Shown here: positions 62,991 to 64,000 of the stretch, piece by piece
How positions within the stretch are numbered: position 1 is the first letter of the stretch
Layout: every line of letters starts with the position of its first letter
Origin: Callorhinchus milii
Lineage: Eukaryota
DNA: 64,000 bases
Assembly: GCF_018977255.1 (NCBI RefSeq)
Contig: NW_024704742.1
Location: forward strand, 19,904,001-19,968,000
Reading direction: 5' to 3'
Notes under the pieces: model-generated
Seen by the model: the letters and a program-made list of their open reading frames with translations, nothing else
The model's database searches: none
Told to the model about the DNA's origin: nothing
Made by a program: the position numbers and the translations under genes

Positions 62991-64000
62991 TTCTCAAAGA
63001 GCTTCACAGTATGTACTGAAAAGTAAATTGACTGTATATTTGTGAGTGAATGCCAGGATGCTGCAGGAATTGCTATAAACTATAAGCTCGTTAAAACCTT
63101 GTAAACCTAGTAATGTGCTCTTTAGAGATATTGGATGTGTAATTGACTTTATCTGTGTGTGCAGGTGGGAGAATGAAATCAGTCATGTAAAATAACAAAT
63201 GAACTGCAGGTTCCTATTTGGAATAAAGTCTAAGTGGTTACAGATAAAAGTAACGTTAAGATATTGCACTTAGACAAATTTGTCTCATGAATTTTGATTT
63301 TAATGAGGGTGACTTAAGCATGAAGAATGTTTCTGTACTCCATACTAAATAATGAGGAAGCTTTCCCTTTTCTCCCAAAGTGTTCAAGTACTAAATTAAA
63401 AACCACTTAAGTGTAAATTGAAGTTGTAAATTAGGAGCAAATATAATGGCGAACACATGTTCAAAGATTGTGGTATTCTTTTTGAGTTTAATTTTTTAAA
63501 AACCTGATAATTACCTTCATATGATACATTTCTAATTTTATGGTAAACTGGCTATTAGCGGGAAACAGTGAAAACAGTGGAAACAAAGAAAACTGAAAAA
63601 AAGGCAAAATACTGCAGATGCTTGAAATCTGAAATAAAAAACACGTTAAGTAGATTTCCCTCTCCTGTCTTGTTTTCTCCCTCACGAATAAAACAAAATT
63701 GATCAGATTATTTTCTCAATTCCTCCAGTCTCCTAAATCTATTTATAATCCCTTCCATTGCTCTCTAGACCATGCAAACAAAGGGTGCCTTTTTGCAAAT
63801 GCAGTCTATTGGAAATGGAGAACATACACCCTGATTGGGGTGATTGCTGGGTTTGTGTCACACAGCACACCTTTTAAAACGATGGAAGAAAGAATCTAAA
63901 AAGCGTTTGAAGAGTGAGAAATCACAAACAAAGGAAGAGACAAAATAATCAGTTAGGGCTCTACCGACCATTAGTGTTTCATCGAGAGTTCCTTCCAAAA

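Overview
Vertebrate nuclear DNA, probably from a cartilaginous fish (inferred from the repeat content: abundant L2 and CR1 LINEs, Deu-domain SINEs, and AmnSINE2- and LF-SINE-like elements). The window covers the 5' part of RAPGEF2 (PDZ-GEF1) on the + strand. Five coding exons were assembled by hand with consistent splice phases: an alternative first exon MKPLAIGTNHPIMGQQDKNT (14629-14688), then 39979-40110, 55315-55492, 58238-58374 and 61924-62082 (cyclic-nucleotide-binding domain). The gene continues past the window. The first two of these exons are not in the ORF track. The rest is intronic or upstream DNA containing L2 and CR1 fragments, tRNA-derived SINEs with L2-type tails, an internally deleted Tigger/pogo transposon, MITEs and microsatellites. 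I see no convincing new protein-coding system. The best leads are: (i) a leader with three identical TTCATTATG start contexts and a uORF whose stop overlaps the RAPGEF2 start (ATGA); (ii) candidate extra promoters and first exons; (iii) a young L2 subfamily whose copies share frameshifts and flank an in-frame 447-nt exon block as an inverted pair; (iv) several locally templated fold-back inversions. Repeat family names are from memory of consensus sequences, not a database search, and repeat boundaries are approximate.
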